From an uncultured Collinsella sp. (GTDB taxonomy: Bacteria; Actinomycetota; Coriobacteriia; Coriobacteriales; Coriobacteriaceae), in assembly GCA_900541785.1 (NCBI GenBank), contig UQKY01000003.1:7462-71461 (forward strand): DNA of 64,000 nucleotides, in the 5' to 3' direction. A model generated the notes under the pieces. That model was not told where the DNA came from, did not search any database, and saw only the letters and a list, made by a program, of their open reading frames with translations. Both the position numbers and the translations under genes were made by a program. Of the stretch, positions 1 through 13,608 are shown in pieces; position 1 is the first letter of the stretch, and the number at the start of each line of letters is the position of its first letter.

Positions 1-19
1 TTACCACGCCCTATCATGC

Positions 20-268
20 CTAGAGCGAGAGATTTCTGATCGATGTGACGCAGGAGGCCTCATCCACGCCCGAAACACGAAAGACGACGTTTTCGCCGCA
101 CTCACCATAGAGGGCCATGAGCCCCATGACATCGCGGCCATCCGTGTGGCGGTCGCCGATACTGACTGACACGTCACTACGGTGCTTGGCAATGATGTCA
201 TAGAGCAGCGCAACCGGGCGGGCATGTAATCCCAACGGATCTTTAATCGTCTTTGTAAACTCGACCAT
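20..268 (-). CDS. ptsH: Phosphocarrier protein HPr
   Basis: Translation MVEFTKTIKDPLGLHARPVALLYDII...VMGLMALYG carries the His15 motif GLHARP and the Ser46-region motif MGLM. The ATG at 268 is internal to the longer ORF 20..313. Confidence 0.8.
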   Translation of the reverse strand: MVEFTKTIKDPLGLHARPVALLYDIIAKHRSDVSVSIGDRHTDGRDVMGLMALYGECGENVVFRVSGVDEASCVTSIRNLSL

Positions 269-615
269 GTCCCCTCCCGCGGCATCGCACATTCGGCCGG
301 CAAACCCAGCCACGTGGTAGTTATTGTAGCGTTAGATGCTTGTCGAGAGCCCCTCTGGATACCCCGTGGTCAAAAAGTGGCAAATATGAGTACTGTCACC
401 AATTTAGTAGCAGCAAAATCGAGAGCAAATTGCCTACTTTGAGCGATTCGAAGAGGTTGAAAGCCGTCAAACGCCCTTTAAAGGGGGTTAGATAAATTGA
501 TTTTGAGTCCATTTTTGCTCAAAACCGGCCGATAGATATGGCACTTATTTTGCAACAGTACTCATATTTGGCATTTTTGTCCACAGGGCCCAAAATCCAT
601 GCTCCAAAACACAAA

Positions 616-642
616 AGGAGGGGCCTCGTAAGGCCCCTCCTT
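616..642. terminator. Bidirectional stem-loop between the permease 3' end and the ptsH promoter
   Basis: Hairpin aggaggggcc-tcgta-aggcccctcct lies immediately downstream of the permease stop. Confidence 0.5.
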
Positions 643-689
643 AGGAAGGGGAATCGATTTATTCCACAGCCGTAGATTAATCCTAGCCG

Positions 690-2165
<1,476 letters not shown>

Positions 2166-2306
2166 TCATCTATTAAATGTCATCTAAACCCGTCCGAGCT
2201 GCAAGTGCAAACACGGACGGCGCACCTGCTAAGGGGAATGGGGAAAAGGGAGTCAACAAAGCCATCCCCCTTAACGGCGCGAAGCAAACGTCCAGGCGGA
2301 CGAATA

Positions 2307-2762
2307 CTACTTGTTGGGGAAGGAATAACCTTCGACCGTCACGTGCAGTACCACGACGCGGGGATCCGCGGCATCGGCCACGACACGGTAGGCCTCGTCA
2401 ATTTCGACGACGGCAACGCCGCCGGCGGGAATCGTCACGGTCTCCCCCGCCCCCTCAAAGCGCTCGCGATCATCGATATCGCTGTAGGCGCGGGTGCAGG
2501 TGAGGCCTGCCTTGGGGGCAACCTCGACGGTCAGGTCGCCGTCGAGCGGAGCGAGCACGGCATGGTAGCGACGGTGACCGACCAGGTCGGCGGTTGCGGC
2601 CTCGCGGGCATAGACCCACCAGTACACCAGCGAGTCGCCGATGGAGTACGCCACATCGTGCTGCAGTTCAGAAACGCCGTCGAGCGCCTGGCCGGTACGC
2701 ATCCACTTCTTGACGGACTTCATCTGAGCGTCGAAATCGGCGCGCGAGTTAAAGACATGCAT
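2307..2762 (-). CDS. YhcH/YjgK/YiaL (EbgC-like, beta-galactosidase beta-subunit family) protein
   Basis: 151 aa, consistent in size and composition with the EbgC/TabA family. Its start lies 3 nt after the lacZ stop, and its Shine-Dalgarno sequence AAGGAGG is formed by the last lacZ codons (K-E-A), indicating translational coupling. Confidence 0.6.
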   Translation of the reverse strand: MHVFNSRADFDAQMKSVKKWMRTGQALDGVSELQHDVAYSIGDSLVYWWVYAREAATADLVGHRRYHAVLAPLDGDLTVEVAPKAGLTCTRAYSDIDDRERFEGAGETVTIPAGGVAVVEIDEAYRVVADAADPRVVVLHVTVEGYSFPNK

Positions 2763-2765
2763 GGC

Positions 2766-5789
<3,024 letters not shown>

Positions 5790-5805
5790 TCATCGTAGTG
5801 ATTCT

Positions 5806-5910
5806 TGTGCAACCGGTTGTCCTTATCTTACGGGCGATGCAAAATACTGTGTAACCGGTTGTCCGCTGAACGGTCGATTTGGCCGGGTTAACGGTGCAAC
5901 CGGTTGTACA
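5806..5910. promoter_or_regulatory. Three LacI-type operator-like palindromes in the lacZ/lacI divergent region
   Basis: tgtGCAACCGGTTGTcc at 5806-5822, tgtGTAACCGGTTGTcc at 5848-5864 and ggtGCAACCGGTTGTACa at 5893-5910. All are near-perfect palindromes around the AACCGGTT core and fit the LacI-family TG-AA-CG-TT-CA operator pattern. Confidence 0.5.
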
Positions 5911-6150
5911 ATCGCAACACTTATGTCACCCTGAGTATCGAAACTCAGCACAAGACATCGTTCTTAAGCTCGTAGGCAACCTCCACGCCCGCTGATATCT
6001 CACCCACACGAGACGTATTCGATTTCGGCTTGGTTGCAAAACGACACCGGTCACCGGATATCATGAACGCTGTTCAGGCGCACTATAGTAAGCTGTATCC
6101 GCACTAGCCCGTATCAGTGACAACATCGACCGCATTTTCCAGGAGACGCC

Positions 6151-7167
6151 ATGACACAACCAGTTCGCACCGCACCTACGCTTGCCGAGGTTGCCGCAGC
6201 TGCCGGCGTGTCGCGCTCCACGGCATCGCGCGCCCTCAACGATTCGCCCCGCATTAGCGAGGAAACCAAAAAGCGCGTCCGCGCGGCGGCCAAGGAAGTC
6301 AATTTTGTCCCCAACGCTCGTGGCCGAGCGCTCGCTGTCGGGCGCACGGAAATCATCGCCGTGCTCGTGACCGAGCCTCTGAGTGAACTCTTCAGCGACC
6401 CCACCTATAGCGAGTTTTTGAGCGGCATTACCGAGGAACTGTCGGAGTCGTCCTATCTGCCCGTTATCTTGCAGGCGTCTTCTACGCATGAGCGCAACCG
6501 CGCACGCGAGCACTTTGAGCGCCGCTCGTTCGACGCCGTGATCGACGTCTCTCCCTACAAAGGCAGCGAGCTGCTCGAGGTGCTGCGCGAGCTGGGCGTA
6601 CCCACCGTGTTGTGCGGCCAGCTCGAGGGCCACCCCTATCGCGATGTGTTCTCGACGGTCTACTCTGACGACGAAGAGGGCGGACGCTTTGCGGCACTCG
6701 CCATGAAGGGGCGCGGCCGCAAAGATATCGTCGCCGTGTTGGGACCGCAAGACAACCCCGCTGTTGTCGACCGCCTGCGCGGCTACCGCGCCGTCTTGGG
6801 CGAAGACCTCCCAGACGCAAACGTTATCTATACCGGCTGGAACAGCGGAGACGGCTATCAGGCCATGCACCTGATTCTCGCGCGCAAGATTGCTTTCGAT
6901 GGCGTGCTCTGCGGATCGGACCGTATCGCGGCTGGCGTCATCACCGCACTCAACGAGGCAGGCCTATCCGTTCCTGCGGACGTTTCTGTCGTCGGCTTCG
7001 ACGATCACGAGATTGCGGCGCGCTGCGTCCCCGCGCTCACGACCGTCCGCCAGCCCCTGCGCGAAGAAGGACACATGGCCGCCAACATTGCGCTCGACAT
7101 GATCAAGGGTGCCGAGCCCACCACCTCCGTGATGCACATGCAGCTGATCCAGAGAGACTCGCTATAA
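6151..7167 (+). CDS. LacI-family transcriptional regulator
   Basis: N-terminal HTH TLAEVAAAAGVSRSTASRALND followed by a periplasmic-binding-protein-like sugar-binding fold. Transcribed divergently from the lacZ operon. Confidence 0.9.
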   Translation: MTQPVRTAPTLAEVAAAAGVSRSTASRALNDSPRISEETKKRVRAAAKEVNFVPNARGRALAVGRTEIIAVLVTEPLSELFSDPTYSEFLSGITEELSESSYLPVILQASSTHERNRAREHFERRSFDAVIDVSPYKGSELLEVLRELGVPTVLCGQLEGHPYRDVFSTVYSDDEEGGRFAALAMKGRGRKDIVAVLGPQDNPAVVDRLRGYRAVLGEDLPDANVIYTGWNSGDGYQAMHLILARKIAFDGVLCGSDRIAAGVITALNEAGLSVPADVSVVGFDDHEIAARCVPALTTVRQPLREEGHMAANIALDMIKGAEPTTSVMHMQLIQRDSL

Positions 7168-7169
7168 GA

Positions 7170-7400
7170 AACTGGGGCAGGCTTTCTGCCAGACAGTTGT
7201 TGCGGAAAGCCTGCCCCGTTTTGAGCGCTCATTCTGGGGCACAGTTTCCGTTAGACAGCTCAACCGGAAACTGTGCCCCATTATTTTGCCGAATTCTTGG
7301 TCGCACTTTCCCAGAGGACCCCCCTTGGGAAAGCGCGACCCGTTCTGGACGCAAATTCCGGGTCGTAGTTTCCGCGACGCCCAGTCAACCTATACCCTCG
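7170..7400. repeat. Cluster of three intergenic stem-loops of the GTTTCCG/CGGAAAC family
   Basis: Three stem-loops: ggggcaggctttc...gaaagcctgcccc; ggggcacagtttccg...cggaaactgtgcccc (15-bp stem); cgcactttccca...tgggaaagcgcg. They sit between the convergent lacI and aspS genes. Confidence 0.6.
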
Positions 7401-7472
7401 CAACCTCGGCGTATAAAAAACGAGGGAAGACACACGTCCTTCCCTCGTTGCAAGCAAGATGTAGCCGCTCGC

Positions 7473-9260
7473 CTACATCAGGCGCAGGCTGACGTCCTTG
7501 AGCTGGGCGCCGCTAACGGCACTCGGGGCGCCCGACATAAGGTCGGAGCCGCTGGCCGTCTTGGGAAACGCCATGACGTCGCGGATGGAGTCGGAGCCGG
7601 TGAGCAGCATGCACACGCGGTCCAGGCCCAGAGCAAAACCGCCCATCGGGGGCGCACCAAACTTGAGCGCCTCCATGAGGAAGCCGAACTGAGACTCGGC
7701 GCGCTCCTCGGTAAAGCCCAGGAGCTTGAGCATGGACATCTGCATCTCGGCGTTGTGGATACGCATGCCGCCGCCGCCGGCCTCAAAGCCGTCCATGACA
7801 AAGTCGTAGGTGCACGAACCGGCTGCCAACGGGTCGGCCTCGATCTTGGCGATGTCGGTCTCGGTCGGCAGAGTGAACGGCTGGTGCTCGGCAGCGTAAG
7901 CCTTGCGGTCCTCATCCCAGTGGAACAGCGGGAAGTTGACGACCCACAGGAAGTCGTGGCCCTCGCGCTTGATCTCGAGCGCATTGGCCATGTGAGAACG
8001 CATGCCGCCCAGAATCTCGTCGGAGAGCAGGCGCGGGCCGGCGGCGAACATCACAAGGTCGCCGGGCTCGACGTCCATGCGCTCGCGCAGAGCCGCCATC
8101 TCCTCGTCCGAGAAGAACTTGACGATGGGGCTGTTGATGGAGCCGTCCTCGCGGAAGGCGATCCATGCCAGGCCCTTGGCGCCAAACGTGGAGGCCACGC
8201 CGGCGAGCTTATCGATCTTGGCACGTGCCCAGGCACCGGCGCCCTTGGCGTTGATGGCCTTGACGACGGAGCCCTCCTCGTTTGCGGCAGTCGCAAAGAC
8301 CTTGAACTTGGAGTTGGCAAAGATGTCGGTCAGGTCGACCAGGTGCATGCCATAGCGGGTATCGGGCTTGTCGGAGCCATAGGTGTCCATGGCATCCCAG
8401 TAGTTCATGCGACGCAGCGGCGTGGGCATCTCGACACCCATGCGACCGAAGGCATCGGCAAGAACCTCTTCGAGCGCGCTCATGACATCGTTCTGGTCCA
8501 CGAAGGACATCTCGATATCGACCTGGGTGAACTCGGGCTGACGGTCGGCACGCAGGTCCTCGTCGCGGAAGCACTTGGCAACCTGGTAGTAGCGCTCGAC
8601 GCCACCGACCATGAGCAGCTGCTTCAGAAGCTGCGGGGACTGCGGCAGGGCGTAGAAGTTGCCCGGCTGGATGCGGCTGGGGACGATGAAGTCGCGGGCG
8701 CCCTCGGGCGTGGACTTGAACAGGGAGGGCGTCTCGACCTCCATGAACTCACGGTTGTGCAGCGCCTCGCGAATGGCAAAGGTAAAGTCGGAGCGCAGCT
8801 TGAGGTTGGCCATCATCTCGGGACGACGGAGGTCAAGATAGCGATAGCGTAGACGGGTGTCCTCGCTGGTCTCGATGCCGTCCTCGATCTGGAACGGCGG
8901 GGTGACGGACGTGTTGAGCACCTCGGCGTGGTCGGTCAGGACCTCGATCTCGCCGGTCGCGAGCTTGGTGTTGGTGGTCTCCTCGCCACGAGCGCGCACG
9001 ACGCCGTGAATCTTGATGGGCCACTCGGGACGCATGGTCTCGGCGATCTTAAAGGCATCGCCGTCGGAGTGCTCGGGGTCGAAGGTGAGCTGCGTGATGC
9101 CCTCGCGGTCGCGAAGGTCGCAGAAGATAAGGCCGCCGTGGTCGCGGCGACGGCTCACCCAACCGGTGAGGGTGACCTCTTCGCCCACGTTCTCGAAGCG
9201 AAGCTCGCCGCAGGTACGGGTGTGCATGGAATGCTCGTCAATGGGACGGGTCTGGCTCAT
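7473..9260 (-). CDS. aspS: Aspartyl-tRNA synthetase
   Basis: 595 aa with an N-terminal OB-fold anticodon-binding domain, class II motifs and the GAD insertion. Conserved FRDEDLRADRQPEFTQVD and GGGMRIHN motifs are present. Confidence 0.95.
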   Translation of the reverse strand: MSQTRPIDEHSMHTRTCGELRFENVGEEVTLTGWVSRRRDHGGLIFCDLRDREGITQLTFDPEHSDGDAFKIAETMRPEWPIKIHGVVRARGEETTNTKLATGEIEVLTDHAEVLNTSVTPPFQIEDGIETSEDTRLRYRYLDLRRPEMMANLKLRSDFTFAIREALHNREFMEVETPSLFKSTPEGARDFIVPSRIQPGNFYALPQSPQLLKQLLMVGGVERYYQVAKCFRDEDLRADRQPEFTQVDIEMSFVDQNDVMSALEEVLADAFGRMGVEMPTPLRRMNYWDAMDTYGSDKPDTRYGMHLVDLTDIFANSKFKVFATAANEEGSVVKAINAKGAGAWARAKIDKLAGVASTFGAKGLAWIAFREDGSINSPIVKFFSDEEMAALRERMDVEPGDLVMFAAGPRLLSDEILGGMRSHMANALEIKREGHDFLWVVNFPLFHWDEDRKAYAAEHQPFTLPTETDIAKIEADPLAAGSCTYDFVMDGFEAGGGGMRIHNAEMQMSMLKLLGFTEERAESQFGFLMEALKFGAPPMGGFALGLDRVCMLLTGSDSIRDVMAFPKTASGSDLMSGAPSAVSGAQLKDVSLRLM

Positions 9261-9516
9261 ACCAGTGATCCTCCTTTATGGATCTGTGCCGCCCCGTGTC
9301 GTTCCGGGCGGCGTCGTACAGATTTGCCCAGCCTGCGTAAACCGCGCAGCCGGACATGGCGTTCTATCTTATCGCACCCGCGTCGATGTGCCGCGAAAAA
9401 GTAGCTCTTGCCCAAAGACTTGACGGAGACGCAACAATTGACGCACCGTGGCCGTCGCCCAGGCTTGCGACGTGCGACAATGTGCCCCAATACAACTGCA
9501 CTCGGAAAGGCCCGCC

Positions 9517-10152
9517 ATGACTGCACGCCTCATCGTTATGGATATCGACTCCACGCTCATCAACCAGGAAGTTATCGACCTGTTGGGCGAGGAGGCCGGC
9601 GTAGGCGAGCAAGTGGCGCAGATCACTGAGCGCGCCATGCGCGGCGAGCTCGACTTTAAGCAGGCGCTCGAGGAGCGCGTGGGGCTGCTTGCCGGCTTGG
9701 ACGAGAGTGTGTTCGAGCGCACCTTTGAGCGCGTGACGTTTACCCCCGGCGCGCTGGAGCTTGTGCGCTCGGCGCACAGCAAAGGCTGGAAGGTCGGCGT
9801 GGTAAGCGGTGGCTTCCACGAGGTCGCCGACAAGATCGTGGCTGCCGCGGGCATCGACTTTTGCCTGGCCAATCGTCTGGAGGTCGTGGACGACAAGCTC
9901 ACCGGTAAGCTGGCGGCAGACATTGTGACCAAGGAGTCCAAGCTCATCCAGCTGCTGGACTGGGCAGTTGAGTGCGGCGTCGACATGGCCCACACGGTCG
10001 CTATTGGCGACGGGGCAAACGACATCCCCATGATCCAGGCCGCGGGCACGGGCATCGCGTTTTGTGCCAAGCCCAAGACGCGTAAAGCCGCCCCGTTTAC
10101 CATCGACGAGCGCAACCTGATGCTCGCCATGGACATCATCCTGCGCGACTAG
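9517..10152 (+). CDS. serB: Phosphoserine phosphatase (HAD family)
   Basis: MTARLIVMDIDSTLI contains the DxDST motif, and ...ITERAMRGELDF... is present. The start is set at the internal ATG of ORF 9448..10152. Confidence 0.8.
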   Translation: MTARLIVMDIDSTLINQEVIDLLGEEAGVGEQVAQITERAMRGELDFKQALEERVGLLAGLDESVFERTFERVTFTPGALELVRSAHSKGWKVGVVSGGFHEVADKIVAAAGIDFCLANRLEVVDDKLTGKLAADIVTKESKLIQLLDWAVECGVDMAHTVAIGDGANDIPMIQAAGTGIAFCAKPKTRKAAPFTIDERNLMLAMDIILRD

Positions 10153-10266
10153 CCGATCCGTCTAACAATTGAATCAGTCTGTCCTATAGTTTCCGAACAA
10201 TTTTGTCTTAGTGTTCTGAAACATACCCTTTGAGTGCTAGACTTTGCGCCGTCGAAGGGAACATAT

Positions 10267-11049
10267 ATGGATAAGCGAGATCTTGAGCAGCTGCTGAGCG
10301 ATGTTGCCGGCGGATCAGTCACCCCTGCCGACGCCCTCACGCGCATCCAGACGGCGCCAACCGCCGATCTGGGCTTTGCGCAGCTCGATCTTTCGCGCGG
10401 AGTGCGCCAGGGAGCCGGCGAGGTTGTCTACGGTGCCGGTAAAACCGCCGAGCAAATTGCCGCCATTATCAAAGCATTACTCGATGCAGACCAGGAGCGC
10501 ATCCTGGTCACACGCTTGGATGCCGAAAAAGCCGCGCGCACCGCTGAGCTTCTCGGCAACGACATTGACCTGGGATATGTCCCGGACGCCCAGCTCGCCC
10601 TCGTGGGTGGCAAGCCCTCCCCCACCGGCAACGGACGCATCGTCGTCGCCTGCGCCGGCACGAGCGACCTGCCCGTCGCCGAAGAGGCGGCACTGACGGC
10701 CGAGTTCTACGGCAACGAGGTCGATCGCCTCTACGACGTAGGTGTCGCCGGCCTGCACCGCCTGCTCGCTCATGCCGAGGAACTTGCCCAGGCGCAGGTG
10801 ATCATTGCCGTCGCCGGCATGGAGGGCGCGTTGGCGAGCGTTATCGGCGGCCTGGTGAGCTGTCCGGTCATCGCCGTCCCCACCAGCGTGGGCTATGGCG
10901 CAAGCTTTGGCGGCGTAGCCGCGCTGCTCGCCATGCTCAACTCCTGCGCCAGCGGCGTTTCGGTTGTCAACATCGACAACGGCTTTGGTGCCGCCTACCA
11001 GGCAAGTCTTATCAATCATCTGAGCGCTGGCACGCCCTGCGCCCGTTAA
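10267..11049 (+). CDS. larB: LarB, pyridinium-3,5-biscarboxylic acid mononucleotide synthase (PurE-like)
   Basis: N-terminal LarB-specific region plus a PurE-like fold: VVACAGTSDLPVAEEA...IIAVAGMEGALASVIGGLVSCPVIAVPTSVGYG. Shine-Dalgarno GAAGGGA lies upstream of the ATG at 10267. Confidence 0.8.
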   Translation: MDKRDLEQLLSDVAGGSVTPADALTRIQTAPTADLGFAQLDLSRGVRQGAGEVVYGAGKTAEQIAAIIKALLDADQERILVTRLDAEKAARTAELLGNDIDLGYVPDAQLALVGGKPSPTGNGRIVVACAGTSDLPVAEEAALTAEFYGNEVDRLYDVGVAGLHRLLAHAEELAQAQVIIAVAGMEGALASVIGGLVSCPVIAVPTSVGYGASFGGVAALLAMLNSCASGVSVVNIDNGFGAAYQASLINHLSAGTPCAR

Positions 11050-11059
11050 GGAGCATTCC

Positions 11060-11977
11060 ATGTCCAACCATCAGCACACGCTTATCATCGACGGCACCTC
11101 GGGCATCAGCGGCGACATGACCGTCGCGGCCCTGCTCGACCTGGGCGCCAGCAAGGAGCACCTGCGCGAACAGCTCGCCACGCTGCCGATCGACGGCTTT
11201 GAGATTGCCGTTACACGCGTAAACAAGCATGGCATCGACGCCTGCGACTTTGACGTTCAGCTGGCAGAGGAGCTCGAGAACCATGATCACGACATGGCCT
11301 GGCTCTACGGCAACGAAGCAGCTGGCGAGCACACGCACGAGCATGAGCATCACCATCATGATCATGGCGGACACGAACACGAGCACTGCCACGAGCATGA
11401 CCATGAGGGCCACGGTCATGGCCACGAGGACCATCACCACACCCACCACCATCATCACCGCTCGCTAGCCGACGTCACGGAAATTATCGAGAATTCGCAG
11501 CTAAGCGATGGCGCCAAGCGACGCGCGCTCGCCATCTTTACCGCGCTCGCCGCCGCCGAGGCCAAGGCTCACGGCAAAACGCCCGAGACCGTCATGTTCC
11601 ACGAGGTAGGCGCCATCGATTCCATCGTTGACATCTGTTCAGTCGCCATCTGCCTCGATGACCTGGGTATCGAGGACATCGTGGTCGAGTCGCTCTCCGA
11701 GGGTCACGGCACCATCAACTGTGCCCACGGCCTTATGCCCATCCCGGTGCCCGCCGTCGTCAACCTATGCCAAGCAGGCAATATCGCCCTCACGCCTGCA
11801 CCGGTCGCCGGCGAGCTCGTGACGCCCACGGGCGCCGCCATCGTCACCGCGCTGCGCACGTCCGAGCATCTGCCGGCCTGCTACCGCATCGAGGCCGTCG
11901 GCTACGGCGCCGGTAAGCGCCCCTACGAGGGCTGCTCCGGCACGCTCCGTTGCCTGCTTGTTCACGTGGATGCATAG
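11060..11977 (+). CDS. larC: LarC N-terminal (LarC1-like) nickel-insertion protein with a His-rich segment; C-terminal CTP-binding domain absent
   Basis: DUF111 start MSNHQHTLIIDGTSGISGDMTVAALLDLG, followed by a roughly 45-aa His/Glu-rich metal-binding tract (HTHEHEHHHHDHGGHEHEHCHEHDHEGHGHGHEDHHHTHHHHH). It stops at 305 aa, directly overlapping the TetR gene. Confidence 0.75.
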   Translation: MSNHQHTLIIDGTSGISGDMTVAALLDLGASKEHLREQLATLPIDGFEIAVTRVNKHGIDACDFDVQLAEELENHDHDMAWLYGNEAAGEHTHEHEHHHHDHGGHEHEHCHEHDHEGHGHGHEDHHHTHHHHHRSLADVTEIIENSQLSDGAKRRALAIFTALAAAEAKAHGKTPETVMFHEVGAIDSIVDICSVAICLDDLGIEDIVVESLSEGHGTINCAHGLMPIPVPAVVNLCQAGNIALTPAPVAGELVTPTGAAIVTALRTSEHLPACYRIEAVGYGAGKRPYEGCSGTLRCLLVHVDA

Positions 11978-11979
11978 CC

Positions 11980-12519
11980 ATGGATGCCCGCAAAATCAAA
12001 AGCCGCGCCGCTATTGTCACGGCGTTTTCCGAGCTCCTTCGCGAGGAGGACTACGGCAAGATCACCGTCGGCGACATCATCGCGCGCGCTCACGTAGGCC
12101 GCGCGACATTCTACGGCCTCTTTAAGAGCAAAGACGACCTACTATCCGAGCTCGTGAGCGACATCTGCGCCCACGCCCTCGACGACGATGGCACACCACT
12201 CGACGACCCACTCGTGCAGGTCGAGCATATCCTCAACAATCTCTGGGAGTGTCGCCAGGGCGTTCGAGCGCTGGTAGCCGGCGCCGGCTCACGCGTCTTC
12301 GCCGACTGCCTACGCAAGACCATCATGTCGCGCGCAGCCGAAACCGTCCCTACCGACCCAAACGGCCCCGCCGCCACCATGAATCGCAGCTTCCTACTAC
12401 ACCACATAGCCTCGAGCTTCGTAGGAATGGTCCAATGGTGGGCCTGGCACAACTTCGAAGCCCCAAAAGAGGACGTAGCCAAAGACTACCTATCAGCCAT
12501 AAAACCCCTCTTCACCTAA
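11980..12519 (+). CDS. TetR/AcrR-family transcriptional regulator
   Basis: HTH ITVGDIIARAHVGRATFYGLFKSKDDLL. About 180 aa, mostly helical. Confidence 0.8.
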   Translation: MDARKIKSRAAIVTAFSELLREEDYGKITVGDIIARAHVGRATFYGLFKSKDDLLSELVSDICAHALDDDGTPLDDPLVQVEHILNNLWECRQGVRALVAGAGSRVFADCLRKTIMSRAAETVPTDPNGPAATMNRSFLLHHIASSFVGMVQWWAWHNFEAPKEDVAKDYLSAIKPLFT

Positions 12520-12688
12520 ATAAGTAGCTCATCCCAAAGCATCGCCCCAACCCAGGCCGCCACGCATCCCAAAGTGCCGCTCGCGTTTCAACGCCCCCAA
12601 CAGCAACAAGCCCCTCCCATCCAAATCCAAATTCAGATTTATATGTTGGGTTGCTTGCTCGAGCGCAGCAAAGACCCCGCAGCTGGCC

Positions 12689-12799
12689 GCATGGGGTAAC
12701 TTCCCAGCGCATTCCGCAGGACGCAAAAAGGCTCGCCGCACGAAGTGCGCAGCGAGCCTTTTTGCATGTCCGAGGACGCGCTGGGAAGTTACCCCATGC
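12689..12799. repeat. About 110-bp palindromic repeat element, solo copy
   Basis: Outer 22-bp perfect inverted repeat gcatggggtaacttcccagcgc / gcgctgggaagttaccccatgc encloses a conserved core attccgcaggacgcaaaaaggctcgccgcacgaagtgcgcagcgagcctttttgcatgtccgaggac. The same core occurs at 15734-15852. Confidence 0.7.
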
Positions 12800-12827
12800 G
12801 GCCAGCGGACAACTATGTAGCCTTGGA

Positions 12828-13559
12828 CTAGAACATGCCCAAGAAACCGTGCACAAACAGCGCGGCCAGAGCGGCGCCGACAAACGGCGCGATGCCAGGA
12901 ACAAGCAGGCCATACTTCCAGTTGTTGTCAGCCTTGTTCTTGATCGGCAGCACCTGATAGGCCATGCGAGGACCAAGGTCACGAGCCTGGTTCATGGCGA
13001 AGCCGGTGATGCCGCCCATGCCCATGCCAACGGCCCAAACGATCAGACCGACGCAGATAGCGAGCATCAGAACGTTCTCGCCAGCGCGGCTAGCGGCAGC
13101 AAGGATGGCGCTGATGAACACAAAGGTGCAGATAGCCTCGCAGAAGAAGTTGCGCGCATAGTTCGTGCCCTCGGTGGTGGGGTTGGTCGAGAAGATGTTG
13201 CGCTGGGCAACGGGGTCGATGACACCATCGGAAGCCTTGAACTCATCGGCATACATCAACCACGCGATTACGGCGCCCACAAAGCCGCCGAGCATATCGG
13301 CAACCATGAAGGGGATGCAGCTGCTCCACGGCACCAGGCCGACGATGCACTGGGCAAGCACCATGGCGGGGTTCATGCACACGGCGCCGCCAAAGATAAA
13401 CAGGGCGACCGAGATGCCGAAAGACCAAGTGGTGATGGCAAACATATGACCAGAGCCCTGATACTTGGTGCCCTTGAGCACGGTATCGCAGTGTACACCC
13501 ACGCCAAAGATGATCATGAGGGCCGTTGCGCCGAATTCGCAAAGGAGTTTGGTAAGCAT
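12828..13559 (-). CDS. MIP-family aquaglyceroporin (LarD-like lactic acid/glycerol channel)
   Basis: 243 aa with six TM helices. The first NPA motif (CMNPAMV) is present, and the second motif reads NQARDLGPR. It sits inside the lar cluster where LarD is found in Lactobacillus plantarum. Confidence 0.85.
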   Translation of the reverse strand: MLTKLLCEFGATALMIIFGVGVHCDTVLKGTKYQGSGHMFAITTWSFGISVALFIFGGAVCMNPAMVLAQCIVGLVPWSSCIPFMVADMLGGFVGAVIAWLMYADEFKASDGVIDPVAQRNIFSTNPTTEGTNYARNFFCEAICTFVFISAILAAASRAGENVLMLAICVGLIVWAVGMGMGGITGFAMNQARDLGPRMAYQVLPIKNKADNNWKYGLLVPGIAPFVGAALAALFVHGFLGMF

Positions 13560-13608
13560 AAAACCTTATCTTTCTTGTCGGTTATAAACGATTCGTTTAG
13601 GCCGCACG

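Noticed and set aside
7197-8852. 551-aa plus-strand ORF
   Set aside because: Antisense to aspS; the upstream part covers the hairpin repeat region; no coding signal.
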